Notes: generated by a model from the sequence alone, not told the origin. DNA of 63,999 nucleotides, filler included, from Folioceros fuciformis (GCA_049999805.1; 15 parts of 15 records of this genome joined end to end with filler, not necessarily neighbours in it); one strand, 5' to 3'; positions 38,805 through 51,900 are shown, numbered from the whole stretch's first letter. Program-made: numbers and translations.

Positions 38805-39998
38805 CTATGTCAACTTCTCAAGTCCTTGCCTTTGCTCACCATCCTTGAGGAGATATTGTTCTCGCTCCTTTTCCAATTCCTGCACTTTGGATTCTAGTCG
38901 TGCCTGGTTTGCATCCCGACTTATGTCCTCTTGTAGTAGGGTTGCAATCATTGCACAGGCCTCTCCCCAATTGATGTGTTGTAGCTGTTGGCCACACTGA
39001 ATGATGTTGCTCCACACTCCGAACGAAGTATCGTTACCTTGGCTTGTGGTGTGTGCTCCTCGGGCTGCTTCCCAATTCACTGGGCTCCTTCTCCCCAAAT
39101 CTGGTGCTCCACTGTGTGCTTGCACTACTGGTGTCATCGCCAAATCCCCTACCTGGTACCCTACCTTAACTATTGGCTGGCTTCGTCTAGGATCCCTCAC
39201 TGTCTCCATCTCAATTGGGGCGGAATTTAGGGCTGCGGGGGTAGTGACTGATGGTCGCCTTCGGTCCCTTTGCTCCCTAGGTCTCCGTATCAACGGAGTG
39301 TCATCTTCATCAAACTCATCATAGGCTGCCATGGCTGATTCGGAATCAAGTGAGGACTCCTCATCCGTAAGAGGCGTCGACACTCCACCGGAAATAAAAT
39401 CCTCCCCCTGCAACGGGACAACTACAAAAGGTTGTTCCGCCTCCTCCAACTCCTCTTGTGTTAACAACCCTTCTGTCTTCCATAAGTGCACCAAGTAAGT
39501 CGAGAGGTAGCAAGGACGTGCACTCCCCCCCTCCCTACTGTTCGGCTTGAGCAACTTCTGCCTGTGGTAGGTATACGCCTCATACATAATGAACCCCCAG
39601 TCTGGCTTGGCTCCTTGAGTCACTCTCCAAAGGAAGTGGAGGAAAGCATTGCTGAAATATGAGGTGCGTTGATAGTTCACCAATCCAAGAACCACCTTAG
39701 TGAACAACCACCATTTGAGCTCCTTCATCCTCTCAGTCCTCCACCCGTTCTTGGTTCTTGCTAGCTCTCCTCCCAACAGCAATTCTAGTGCCCTAGATGG
39801 TAGGGTGGTGCTGGGTGACCTCCGCCCATCTATGGTTTTATCCAGGATCCCAATACCATCGCTCTCCTCTTCCGACCTACCATACACATGTTGGATGCTC
39901 TGGACAGTCCAACACTGAGGGTCAGTCCTTGCGTTTCGTTCAGGTAGGGCTTCCAACTCCTCCTTCGATTGCTGTAGGTTGGTATAGCACTTCTTCAC
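38805..39998 (-). CDS. Intronless 397-aa ORF, probable accessory protein of a gypsy-type element
   Basis: Long open frame with PDWG...PCYLSTYLVHLW block, an acidic low-complexity middle and a C-terminal coiled coil. Flanked by TE sequence. Confidence 0.55.
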   Translation of the reverse strand: MKKCYTNLQQSKEELEALPERNARTDPQCWTVQSIQHVYGRSEEESDGIGILDKTIDGRRSPSTTLPSRALELLLGGELARTKNGWRTERMKELKWWLFTKVVLGLVNYQRTSYFSNAFLHFLWRVTQGAKPDWGFIMYEAYTYHRQKLLKPNSREGGSARPCYLSTYLVHLWKTEGLLTQEELEEAEQPFVVVPLQGEDFISGGVSTPLTDEESSLDSESAMAAYDEFDEDDTPLIRRPREQRDRRRPSVTTPAALNSAPIEMETVRDPRRSQPIVKVGYQVGDLAMTPVVQAHSGAPDLGRRSPVNWEAARGAHTTSQGNDTSFGVWSNIIQCGQQLQHINWGEACAMIATLLQEDISRDANQARLESKVQELEKEREQYLLKDGEQRQGLEKLT

Positions 39999-40859
39999 TA
40001 AGCCTTCATGAACATACGACCAGTGTCTGCCATATATCTAGTCAGGCTGGATGTTTCCGTCACATGCCCAAGTCCGTAGGTATATCAAATCCCTTGAGTT
40101 TAGTTGGCCCCCAAAGCAAGAAAAGGACGGAACATTGGTTTGGGGAGAGCTGGCTGCCCTCGTGGGTCGTCCCCTACTACCGGAACCCACCTGAGTATTG
40201 TTGGAGGTCCGCACCATAGTTGGTAGAAGAATACCCCAAGAATGTCGGTTGCCCTCCTTTACGTAAGGTTATACCCCTACCTCCGTAGGCATTTGCTCCC
40301 AGCTTTTGTGCAGCTGATTTCACGTCCCTTGCACGTTTCTCCCTATGGCTCTCACCACAGCAAAGCCCTTTCTCTCTCTTTGAGTCCGCTTTGTCACAAC
40401 AAGTAGGTCCCAGGCGTAGGTGTCTTGTCGCACAACTACTTCCTTATTCCCCGCTATGTAGGAAGATGTAGTTTCCTACGTGGAGGTAAGCACCCTTCGT
40501 TGATGGGACAACTTAGGTAGGGACCCCTTTAAATACCCTCTTGTCGTAGGTATACTTCTATATGTAGTAACTGCCCTTAATAGATACCATACATAGGTGT
40601 CCTCTTTTTTGTAGGTAGCTTGCCCTTCACAACTATATTTCTTATTTGGGACTACCTCCCACAAAGATATCCTCGCTACGTGGGCATACCTCCCCTATAG
40701 GTAGCCATCCCAAAGAAGGTAACTTCTTTATAATACTACCCCTTATTATCGCCACTCATCTAACCTACCAAACCAAGACCAAACAAAATTGAAAATGTTA
40801 TTAGCCGCTCCCTACCTACTGCGAGTTTTTGCCAAAAACCCGCATTCCACAATAGTTAT

Positions 40860-42145
40860 TATTGGAAGAGAATGATGGATGTAGTTGAGAAGGTGGTGTC
40901 TACGTGTGAGGTTTGTGATAGGGTGAAAGCAAGTGTTTCAGGCAAAACTTCTCAACTTCATCCGCTACCTATTAGGGGAATGTTTTATAGGTAGAGTTTG
41001 GATTTGGTTGGAGAGTTACCAGTCACACGTAGAGGTTTCAAATATATGTTGGTGATGATAGAACATTTTTCTAAGTGGATAGTTTTGGTGCCTTTGAGAG
41101 AGAAGAAGTCACATGACATTAAAGAAGCATTTCTTAATCATGTGTTGAGTGTTTTTAGAGCTTGTGCAGAAGTTTTGACAGATCACGGTACTGAATTTAT
41201 GGGAGAATTTGATGAATTTTTAAATGAGTACCTTATTGATCATAGGGTAACTTCAGGAAATCATTCGGAGGCTGATGGTTTGGTAGAAAGAATGGTATAG
41301 CCATGTAAGAGTGCTTTGAGGAAATATTGTTTGGTAATGGACAAGAGTGAGTGGGATAGGATGTTATCATTTCTTGCGATGGGTTATAGGATGAGTAGGC
41401 AAGCATTGTTGGGAAAGTTTCCACCGTACATGTTGTTGTTTGGGCATAGACCACAGTTATTTGGGATGTTAGAAGACAAAGTGATTGCTATAGTGGATTT
41501 GGACAAACCTAATAAGTGGTTAAAGATAGTCACACATAGAGCAGAGTTTTTTAAAAGGATAATGCCTATGGCAATGGATAACTTGTTAATAGCTCAACAC
41601 AGGGATGAGTTAAGGTACAGGAAAATAAGGAGTGGACATTTCAGGCCCAAGGTGAAAAAGTTTGAAGTTGGAGATTATGTATATTTGCAGAGGAAGATAA
41701 TGACAATAATTGATACAAGTGCGAGTAGGATAATATTAAGGAAGAGAAGTGTGAAATTAAATGGAATTGTGGAGTTGGAGGGAAAGGATGGTACAACTTG
41801 TTTGGAACACATGAAAAATTGTGCACCATGTCATTTACCTCACTTGAACCCGATAATTGATGTTGAAGCTTTTGTGCTGAGGAAGGGTTTGCTTGGACAG
41901 GTTGTGGAGATTCTGGAGTTGATCATTGCATGTTGTTGTGTGAAAGGTGCAATGATGGGTGAAATCCTTTTTGTTTAGAGCCTCTGCTAGAAGCACTGCC
42001 AGAAATGCAGTGGTTTTGTCCAATGTGTGTAGCAGTTGATACATTGTGAAGGGCAGTATGTTCAGCGTGTATGTATGTTGATGAAAAGTTTGTTAATCTG
42101 GCTTGCCAATGAGAGATGGTCAGCAGATAAAGGGGGGGAGTGAAG
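40860..42145 (+). mobile_element. Ty3/gypsy integrase with degenerate C-terminal PHD finger, followed by a PPT
   Basis: CEVCDRVK, DLVGELP, IEHFSKW, LTDHGTEF, ADGLVER, FEVGDYVYL, EHMKNCAPCHLP. PHD-like motif at 41894-42030. Purine tract AAAGGGGGGGAG at ~42130-42140. Confidence 0.88.
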
Positions 42146-42328
42146 GTGTCGCAGCGAGGGAGAAGGAGTAGAGGACAGCTATTCCTTTCTTCGATTTCGT
42201 GTGTAGTAAACTATCAAAGAGTGGCAGGATGACTTGTAGCCTTCGTGTGCACGACGGAGAGGAAGCATCCAAGGGGAGGCATCCAAGGATTATGAGTGTG
42301 ATCACTGATGTAGCATTTATGAAGTATA

Positions 42329-42540
42329 TGTGAACATCGAACACGACCGTGAGATTACTCACGTAGAGCACACAAAGCAAATATATATATTATTGAATAT
42401 GGGAACTAGGCACTTATGTGTCCATGTCCCATGAACGGTTACAACAACTAATAACTACCAACTAGGGTTTCAGATGAAGCACCCCTTGGTATATAACAAT
42501 GTATCATTAACTAATAATTAATTATTCAACACCCCCTCTC
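42329..42540 (-). mobile_element. Short 3' LTR with PPT (copia-like)
   Basis: The minus strand has GAGAGGGGG then TGTTGAAT starting at 42531. The ...TTCACA end near 42329 is inferred. Confidence 0.6.
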
Positions 42541-42662
42541 ATTGTATATACGACTAATTTAGNNNNNNNNNNNNNNNNNNNNNNNNNNNNNNNNNNNNNN
42601 NNNNNNTTAATTAATTAANNNNNNNNNNNNNNNNNNNNNNNNNNNNNNNNNNNNNNNNNNNN

Positions 42663-42950
42663 CAAGAGGTTATGCACATGAGAATTTTGCTTAAATCATT
42701 TGGATACAAACAGGTTGAGCCTGCGAATATGTGGTGTGACAACCAATCCGCGATTGCTATAGCAAGAAATCCAATTGCACATGCAAGGACTCGACACTTT
42801 GAGGTTAAACAGCACTTCGTTCGAAAGGCGCTTGAAGACAACGTCATCAACCTTGAATATGTGCCAATCGAACAGAACATGGCAGATCTACTGACCAAGG
42901 CCCTGCCCAAGGAGAGGCATTTGAGGCTCGTGAGTGCTTTAGGGCTGGCG
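42663..42950 (+). mobile_element. Ty1/copia RNase H C-terminus
   Basis: WCDNQSAIAIARNP...HARTRHF...NMADLLTKAL. Confidence 0.92.
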
Positions 42951-43074
42951 ACATCATCAGGATTCTCGCCGCCAGAACAGAGTGTCAATAATGAGCCTGC
43001 ACATGGCAAATTCCACATCAAACATGTGCCGGAGGGCGGACGGAATGAGTCTGCGAAGTCGGGTACTTTGGTTG

Positions 43075-44352
43075 TGTTAGAAATAACCCCCGTTACGGTT
43101 ATGTATTTGTAACGAGCGTCATGGTTAGTATAGTTTAGGTTAATTATCCAAAGGTCACTTAGAGTGATATATAAGACACAACCTTTCCTTTGTAATTATT
43201 GATTCTTTATTCATTGTTGTTTTGTACAATGCGTTGGCTGCTTTGCCTAGCAACTTGCATTCTTCACATGGTATCAGAGCATGTCTAGATCCTTCTAGGC
43301 CTGGCTCACTTATAAAATAATAATAATAATAATAATGCTGTCACTTTATGATATTTTTAGAGCATGGCCAGACATGCAATTAGGCACAAAAATCAGAAAC
43401 CATTGTCAGGAAAAATGGTCTCTAATTCATGTGCCCAAGGCATACTGGCCACCTGCTTCACATCAGAAAGTGAGCATATCCTACATCTTCCGCTGCTATG
43501 CTAGGCATGTCGTCTAAGCAGCAATTAAACACATCTAGCAAAGATGTCTCGGAGAAATAGGTATAGGTAATCTAGGGCTAGGAACAACCAGGATCGTGTC
43601 ACAAGCAGACCTACGGCAACACCGGCGTTGCACAGATCCTCAAATTTTCCAGCCAGACAAGAACTGCCCTACCTTCGTTCTCCAGCCTTGAGAAATCCTT
43701 TCTTCCCAGATCTGCACAGGAACAACGTGCCCTGTACCTGTGCATCGAGCCTGGTTAGGTCAGGAAGGCAGAGAACAACAAGCTTCTCCGAGACAGACAA
43801 ATTTCAGACTCTACGTCTTTCACCTGCAGAGTTGAACAGAATTTTGGGTCCTCTGCAAGAGCAATTGCTGGAAGACATAAACAGGGTTGAGAATACCACC
43901 TGGCTCAGGACAAGGGAAATTCTAACCAGCATTGACATTGTCAGGATCCAATTGGAGCAGGTGACAGAAAGGCTGAATTGTATCCTTAGGCTTGGGAGGC
44001 AAATCTGTCGTTCACAGTCTGGAAGGCGACTCCCTTGGTCAAGGCTCCCGCTGCATGGCTAAACCCCATCCACCCTCTTGCACTAGATCACAAATCCCTG
44101 GATCAGGAGTGCTAGATATGAAACGACACAACAGGAAATTGAAACATCGCGTCTGAGAAAGGAGACGACATCAGCAGAATCGCAGCCAACTTTCGGTGTA
44201 GCCATCCGCGATCTGCAGCCATCCTTGGCAACCTGATCTGCAGCAGCCCGATCCGGAGTGATCCTGTAGCAACTCAATCAGCAATTCTCAGTCGCGATCC
44301 CTAGCCGCGATCCTCAGCGGCACCATCTCAGCGATCCGTGACATCAGGAGGA
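43075..44352 (+). mobile_element. 5' end of an LTR retrotransposon: ~194-bp LTR (43075-43268), PBS (43269-43280), leader with coiled-coil ORF
   Basis: TGTTAG...TATATAA...TTCACA followed directly by TGGTATCAGAGC. Confidence 0.85.
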
Positions 44353-44452
44353 NNNNNNNNNNNNNNNNNNNNNNNNNNNNNNNNNNNNNNNNNNNNTTAA
44401 TTAATTAANNNNNNNNNNNNNNNNNNNNNNNNNNNNNNNNNNNNNNNNNNNN

Positions 44453-45821
44453 ATCTTGTGTTCTGTCTAAGCGACATCAAGCTGCTTTCAAAAATTTGAC
44501 TCCTTATAGAGCACATGAAACATTGGAGCTTGTACACACAAATCTATGCGGGCCTCTTTTTCAAGAGTCCATAGGTGGTGGAAAATATTTTTTAAACTTT
44601 ACAGATGATAAAACCAAATTTGTTACTTCATATATTTTTAAAAATAAAAGTGAGTGTTTATCATATTTTAAGGATTATGTAAAACAATTTGAAAGGTGGA
44701 CTAGAAAGCACTTGAAGACATTGAGATCAAATAATGGTGGAGAATTTACCTCCCATGCTTTCTAAGATTATTGTATAGACGCTGGCATTGGGAGACAATT
44801 GACAGTGGTTTACACTCCTCAACAGAATGGAGTTGTAGAGCGCTTGAATTTAACTCTGCAAGAAATGACAACATGTTTGCTACATCAAGCTCCGCTCCCT
44901 TTACCATATTGGGCAGAAGCATTAATGATAGCCACTTACCTCAAAAATAGGTTGCCAACAAATTCTATTGATAACATGACACCTTATAAGGCTTTTACAG
45001 GACGGAAGCCATCAATTCAATACCTAAGAATTTTTGGCTGTGTTGCTTATGCTTTTATACCCAAAGAGAAGCGTAAGAAGTTTTCAGATAAGTCAAGGAA
45101 ACTTCTCATGCTGGGTTATACAGAAGGTATCAAGGCCAATAAATTATATGATGTTGTTAAAAATAAAGTTTCTTCTGCAAGAAGTGTTACTTTTGATGAG
45201 AGTACCTTTGGGTTGGTTGGATCAGTTGATTCTGAAAATTTAGTTCAAGAGGAGAGTGCTGATGATTCAGCCCTTACTCCAATTTCTCATTTTGATCAGA
45301 CATATTATGGTATTCCCATTTCGAGTGGTGAATCCAAGCAACATTCTGTAGTTGAACCCATGCATGAACCAATTCTTCTGTTACCTGTTCCTTTAGTGAA
45401 AATTCAAGATGAAAATATTAATCCTGCAGGGGAGGACATTGTCAATAATGATGCTGATGTTTTTGAAGAGCATTCTACTTTACCTTCACGATTGGCTCCT
45501 GAGCTAGAGCCTCCACCTTGTTGCTATCCAACCTGTGAGCGGCACGCTCTTGATTGTTATCAAGCTCCTGATTTTAGAGCAGGTGGATCTTATGCAGAAG
45601 TTGTGGCTGCCACCTCCCTTCCTCTTGAACCCTAAACCCTAAACCCTAAACTACCTTTTATGGCAAACTTAACATTGAAATATATATGCAACAGCCTCCT
45701 GGTTATGAAGTAAAGGGAAAGAAGAAGTTAGTTTGCAAACTTATTAAAACAATTTATGGACTTAAGCAGTCAGCAAGAGAATGGAATTTGGTGTTAGATG
45801 AAGAGTTACATACCTTAGGTT
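44453..45821 (+). mobile_element. Ty1/copia integrase-RT fragment with internal deletion
   Basis: ELVHTNLCGP, SNNGGEF, PQQNGVVER, SVTFDES, then IYMQQPPG...YGLKQSAREW. Confidence 0.93.
45630..45650. repeat. Interstitial plant-type telomeric repeat (CCCTAAA)3
   Basis: Three perfect units at 45630, 45637 and 45644. Confidence 0.9.
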
Positions 45822-48800
45822 NNNNNNNNNNNNNNNNNNNNNNNNNNNNNNNNNNNNNNNNNNNNTTAATTAATTAANNNNNNNNNNNNNNNNNNNNNNN
45901 NNNNNNNNNNNNNNNNNNNNNCGCCAAATTGGTTTTGTGCCCATCCTGTCGTCTATATTTTTCTTGTGTCCCGGAATGTCGATCCGCGGGACCGCCAATC
46001 CCGGCGCGCCCACAGTCACCGGCAGTCCATCGCATTCTTCTCTCCCCTTTTTCTCTACATCAAGCGCTTGCCTTCCAGCCTTTCCCCCTTTGCCAGGCCA
46101 GGACTCGCACCTTCTGTCTGTCTTCTCTCTTTCTTTCTCTCTCTACATCTCTCTCTTCTTTCTCTCTCTTTGTTCTCTCTCTTCTTTCTTCAGCACTGGC
46201 CTGGCCTGGCCTGCTGCCCTGCCCTGCCCTGACCTGCTGCCCTGCCCTGCCCTGACCTGCTGCCCCTGCTTTTTCGTCTGCTATGCTCTGCTCTGCAGTG
46301 CTGTGCTGTGCTGTGCTCAAGCCTTTTCCTTCACCACTTGCGGCCTTGGCCCCCATCAGATTTGGCACGCCATGGATCCTTCCTCAACTTTATGCATTTA
46401 TCGCACCGGATCCCAGCCACTCCGCTCCCATTTCCCGTGCTATGGAGATGTTGGAGTCCACTTCAATCACCTTCTTCTTCTTCATTTTCCTTCCTCCTTT
46501 CCACAGTACTACATACATTGTCCATCAAGGTACTTGATAAGATAAGGGTGTGGAGAGTGATATGATATGATCTGATCTGCAAGGTTTGTATGACAAGATG
46601 TGTCGGTACTTGGTTTCACTTTCACGAGGAGATGCTCGCGACATCTAATCATGGGATCTTACTACGAGAAGGACACATTCCAACTGGCACATAGTACTTA
46701 CTGTTATTGTTGTGGCTTCCACGCACGATGGTTCAGTCGGACATGACCATGTTGTTCTAGTCCTAGTCACATATTGTTCTAGTCCTAGTCACATATATGG
46801 ATATGGAATTTGACAATTTGTTCTTGTGAAGGACATCACAATTTTGGTCGGGAGCACGGATTCTTCACATCATACAATCCTGACAAACAAACTTGCCATG
46901 GTGGATTCAAAGGTGTCCAGATGTCAGTATTTCCCTGGAAGATGTATGCACTAGTCTTTCAAATATATTGTCTTCAAGAGAAGTTTGAGTTACTAACAAT
47001 GCATTTGTGTATCGACGAGAAAGAAGAGAAGAGGCTAGGCTTCCGTAGTTGTTCACGACAAGAACATGGAATGAAGAGAAGAAGTAGTTGACAACTCTTA
47101 GAACATGGAATGGTGAGAAGAAATCGTATGTATGAAATTACAATTACTACAGTTTTAGAGCGTTTTAGCACATCTTTTAAACTAACAAAAAATGAGTTTA
47201 TTATTCTAATGATGTCATTAGGGACAGAAGAAGAGAATAAGAAAAAGTATAGACTATTCATCAACAAAGTAAGCAGGTGGAATGGCCGGACACAAGATAA
47301 AGGGAAGAGAGAGAGAGAAAGCAGAGTAGGAAATTGTGCGGTAGGTGCGATGCGGGAGGCGAAGAGTTAGAGCTAAGCGCAATGCGCAAAGCAGGAAGAG
47401 CATAGCTGGACAAGGATGAACGCCTGGTGGGGTTATTCGGCAGGTGTTGTGGAAGCTAACATGGCATGGCCGGCATCTGGATGCAAAGACACGTACCGTA
47501 ATTTAGAAGGATGGTAACCGACAACAACACACTACAGCAGAGTAGAGTAGAGGAGAGCAGATCAGAGCGGAGCACAGCACAGCACAGCAGAAGAAGCACA
47601 GCGCAGCAGCACAGCACAGCAGCGTAGCAGCACAGCGCAGCAGAGGCAAGGCCACCAGAGAAGAAAGAAGGAGAGTTATTTGCGATTATCGAGGAGGAAG
47701 AGAGGAGCGGGTAGTCACGAGTCGAGTCACAGTGCCCATGTCGCGGGCCTGGAAACAGGGAGTTAAAAAAGGAATGTATGCGGATATGTATGAGGATATG
47801 CCTCCATGGAAAGCAAGGGAAGCGAGCGGCAGGCCCAGGCCCAGGCCCAGTGGCCAGCGGTCAGTGGCCAGTGCCAGGTGCACGGGCGTCAAATTCCCAA
47901 AGGTTGTCTCTCTTCACTCTGCTGCTTCTGCTTCTGCCTCGGCACTCTGCGTCTGTCTCTCCTCCTGCCCCCCCGGCCTGCGCTGTGTACTTCACACACA
48001 GCGAGAGAAGAAGCGACGAACAGAAACATATTCTAGGCATCCAGCTCTGTCCGGTGCAGTCCAGGCCAGTCCAGTCCATGCGATGCAGCAGCTCTCTGCT
48101 CCCTGACCGACAACCCCATCCAGCGTCACATACACAACACGCTTGCGCTTACCAAGGAAAGGGTTGGGTTGGGCTCGGTTGGATGGGCACTCGAACCGCC
48201 ACTCACTTTTCCTTTTTTTTTTTTTTTTTTCTTTGCTTCAATCCCTAACACAAGATTTTTCTTGTTTATACATTCAAATAAAATCCTGCGCAAGGCGGGT
48301 CCCGGCTCCCGGCTCCCACACCCCGCTGCCGTTGCCGTTGCCGAGGGGGCAGGCGGGCAAGTTCAATGTCGCAAGCCAACGGGCGGGCGAGCGGGCGAGC
48401 GAGCGAACGAGAGGGAGAGCGAGTGGATAAAATGAAAGGGCTAGCCTACCTTGCCCTGCCCGGTCACCGCTGCTTCGAGTCTTTGCGGGCATGGAGACCT
48501 CATCCACTCACCGGCCGAGACGAGGCCTACAAGCGTTCTCGTCCAGTTGCATGGCCTCCAACGTGAGCCAGGCACTGGCCACTGGCTGGAATCTTCCCAA
48601 CCCCGCCTCCGGTTGGTCAACACTTAGGACCCACGCACAGATGCTGTTGCTTTTGAGAGCTGCCGCCAACTGTTATCATTCGAGCCAGCCCCTTCCTTCA
48701 TCGCAGAGGCACGCAGGACAGACGCCACTGGGACTCGTTTCATAAATGTCCCGTGCCTCACTTTCGCACAAGCTTGTTGATAAATTACGTCATCGCACAG

Positions 48801-48962
48801 GGGTCTTGGGAGCAACGACAAAAAAAATTAAAATAACATCACTCAAGCTGGATCCGATGTTCCCGATAGCTATGGTACACTCCTCACCATTGCACAGACG
48901 CTGCAAAACTTGCTTTTGCTCCAAGGATTTCCTGTGATCGATGGCCCTGACGTTCGGCACTT

Positions 48963-51900
48963 CTATGCGACACCGTAGTCTCGTGTGTCTAACTTAATTT
49001 GCGATGACTTCGTGTAGGGTGGCTCAAAGCTCCTCTTGGCCCTCTCGCTGAATGTCTTCGTGGCTGCATTTGGGTTACCTTCTTTGCTTCTGTTCAACAC
49101 CTTGGTCTGCTCCAACACACCGTTCACAGAGCCCAGTTTGCCATTCCCCTGTGATGACATGAACGACTGCAGCTGTCCTGTCGATGCCATGATAAGACCT
49201 GCACACGCAAAAAATCCGTCAAATACAGCTCAAGAGCCAACAATCGTTGCTGCACACGTGCTGCCCCTTGTCTTCACCTAGAAAGACGGGTGATGGTTTG
49301 TTTGGCCGGGACTTGAACTCAGGATGAAACTGTACACCCACGTAATACTGATGGACATGTCCCGGAAGTTCAATGATCTGCCGTACACACCAGAAACTTG
49401 TCACAGGCGTGATAGATCAACACAACATAATAAAAATGCAGCGAGCACCCAACATCACCCACCTCCATCCTCTGCCCAGTTTCATCCTTGCCTACAAAAC
49501 GCATACCAGCAGCTTCGAGTTCCTCTACCATAGCTGGGTTTACCTGTAACGGAAATCACACAACCCAATAACATATAACATGTTGCACCCAGTTACTCAT
49601 CGCGGAAGTAACAAAAGAACAGAAAGCCTAACCAAATATTATTAGCTTGACATTACCTCGTATCGGTGACGATGACGCTCGTCCACATATGAATCTTTGT
49701 GATACCTGTTGACATTCCAAGCTAACATGTGAATTCCCATGGCCCTCAAGTCATGTCACAACTATGAGGGGTAGACTAATCACTTACAGCTTAGCCGTGA
49801 TGCAGTCTGAGCTCTGGAAGTAAGTCCTCCTCGATCCAAGTCTCATGGTACCTCCCATGTGAGTCTTGGAAACCTGATTCGCAACAAGCATAGGACGTAA
49901 TTTTCATAACGTAGGACACTCATCCACCACTTGACAGAGGCAAGTGTTGCAAAAACATGTTCGAACTTACCTCCGGCATGAAGATAACAGCTGGGCATGA
50001 AGTGGACGAATCGAACTCTGTACTGTTTGCCTCTTTCTTTCCTAAAACCTACACAAGACAAATCACATCCCACCTGTTCGTCATACTTTTTACTGAATTT
50101 ATGATGGACACGCATTTTCGTCTAACGGCGTTCCTAGTGTCCGTGTCTTCATAGTTTGCTGGATCAGTCTGTGGTACAGCAAACTTACAAATCGAGAATA
50201 CTCCAAAACAGCTATTTGCATTCCGAGGCAAATGCCAAGATATGGCACACCCGCTTCTCGTGCATAATTTGCCGCCAGTATCATGCCTTGGGTACCCCTG
50301 TTTCCAAACCCTCCCGGGACCAAAACACCGTGTGACTCCTGCAAGACATACACCAGCTCACTAACGGGGCAAAGGAGCTTGACTAGCTCTCATCACCATT
50401 GTGACCCCTGACTTACCTTAAGCAATTTCCAGGCAGCATGATAGGCTTCTGGATTCTGGAGCCCACGTGCAAATTGGTCAGCTCTTACACAAATCATTCT
50501 GGACCGTACTTGCTGCATACGTCACAACGAAGCTGAAACGAGTCTCATTTCAGCTTCATCGTACCTCCTCCTTGGTTGCATCTTCCAAATCAGTGGCCGC
50601 AACCCATTGCACCTCGAGTTTTCGTTGGCATGCAATTGATGCATGCAGCAAAGCCTAGAACAGAGAAACAGACATCAGGGGATTATGAGAAAAAATATGA
50701 AAACATCAGCACCACAAATATAGGGAGGGATGTGGAAGATGTGCCTCAGTGGTAGTGACAAAAGAAAATGTTGCATCACCACATTTGCTTCTGATCAAAA
50801 TATTTTGTCATCATAGGCACCGTGCAACCAAAGCTTTAACTCGACAACGCGTGTACACACAGAATATGCTTCCACGACAACGTTTCAGGCGAAAAACTAA
50901 GCCAAAAAGTAACACACATGCAGGGAAGTCCAAGAAATCAGTTCTGCTGCATGAGCTAGATATTTGAATGCACAGCATTTAGAAAGTCATGGTTAACACC
51001 TTCAAAACTGAAAGATAGGAATCTGAAAGACCATTGTACTTTCCAACCATTGCGATCTTCACCTGCACAGGCAGATGACGGCAAGCTCATTGCAAGCTAC
51101 ACGACAAAATGACAGCAGATTTGCTGGCAAACCTCGAAGAGCACCATGAAACAAACTCAGAAGCAACGTACAGATACAGTGAGTTTATCATAAAGGTTGG
51201 CTCTGATTGCCCAATCTTGTAATTCAGGATCACAGACAGTGCTGCACAAACGGGAACCTCATTATTTGCATTCTAGCAAGTAAGCAGAGAACCATCATCC
51301 AGCTAATCAGAGAGCCCATGCAAGGGCAAGGCACCGTGTGACAAAAAGCTTGGAGCTCACTTCAAATTCAGCTGCTTCAATATTGACGAATGAGCTTTCT
51401 GATCCTGAAATAATGGACAGAACCTGCTCATAAGGATAGAGTAGGACACAGCGCTGGACACTAAAGTCACTCCGTGCAAAACATTTAGACAGCAGGAATG
51501 GTCAATACCCGCAACAAAAGGGGAACTTGCCAGATGTTGGAAACATCATATATATTGAGTATGTGTGAGGCCTGTATGGAGGGCAAACCACAGCATGATC
51601 GTGTAAGAAGAGGCAAGGAGTAACAATCAGCAATGTGCGACCTCCCACAGGCAATTAATACCGGGAGAGCAGAAAAGACTATCATGCTCAAGCCTTACTG
51701 GCACATGACAAAACTGTGAGAGCTTTTCCTTGGTAGGCTGCTCCAATTTCTGCCAGCAGGACCGAAAATCTGAAATTATCGAAAAGAACGTAAAAACTTT
51801 TGATAACCAAAGGATCAGGAACCAGGCCAATACTCACACTGGCACTCCGGCAGGCCAGCAAGTGAGGAGTTAAGCCCAGGGCTCTCAGTTCCCGAACACT

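Noticed and set aside
46752-46795. 22-bp tandem duplication (also a 21-bp one at 18620-18661)
   Set aside because: Ordinary local duplications with no further structure.
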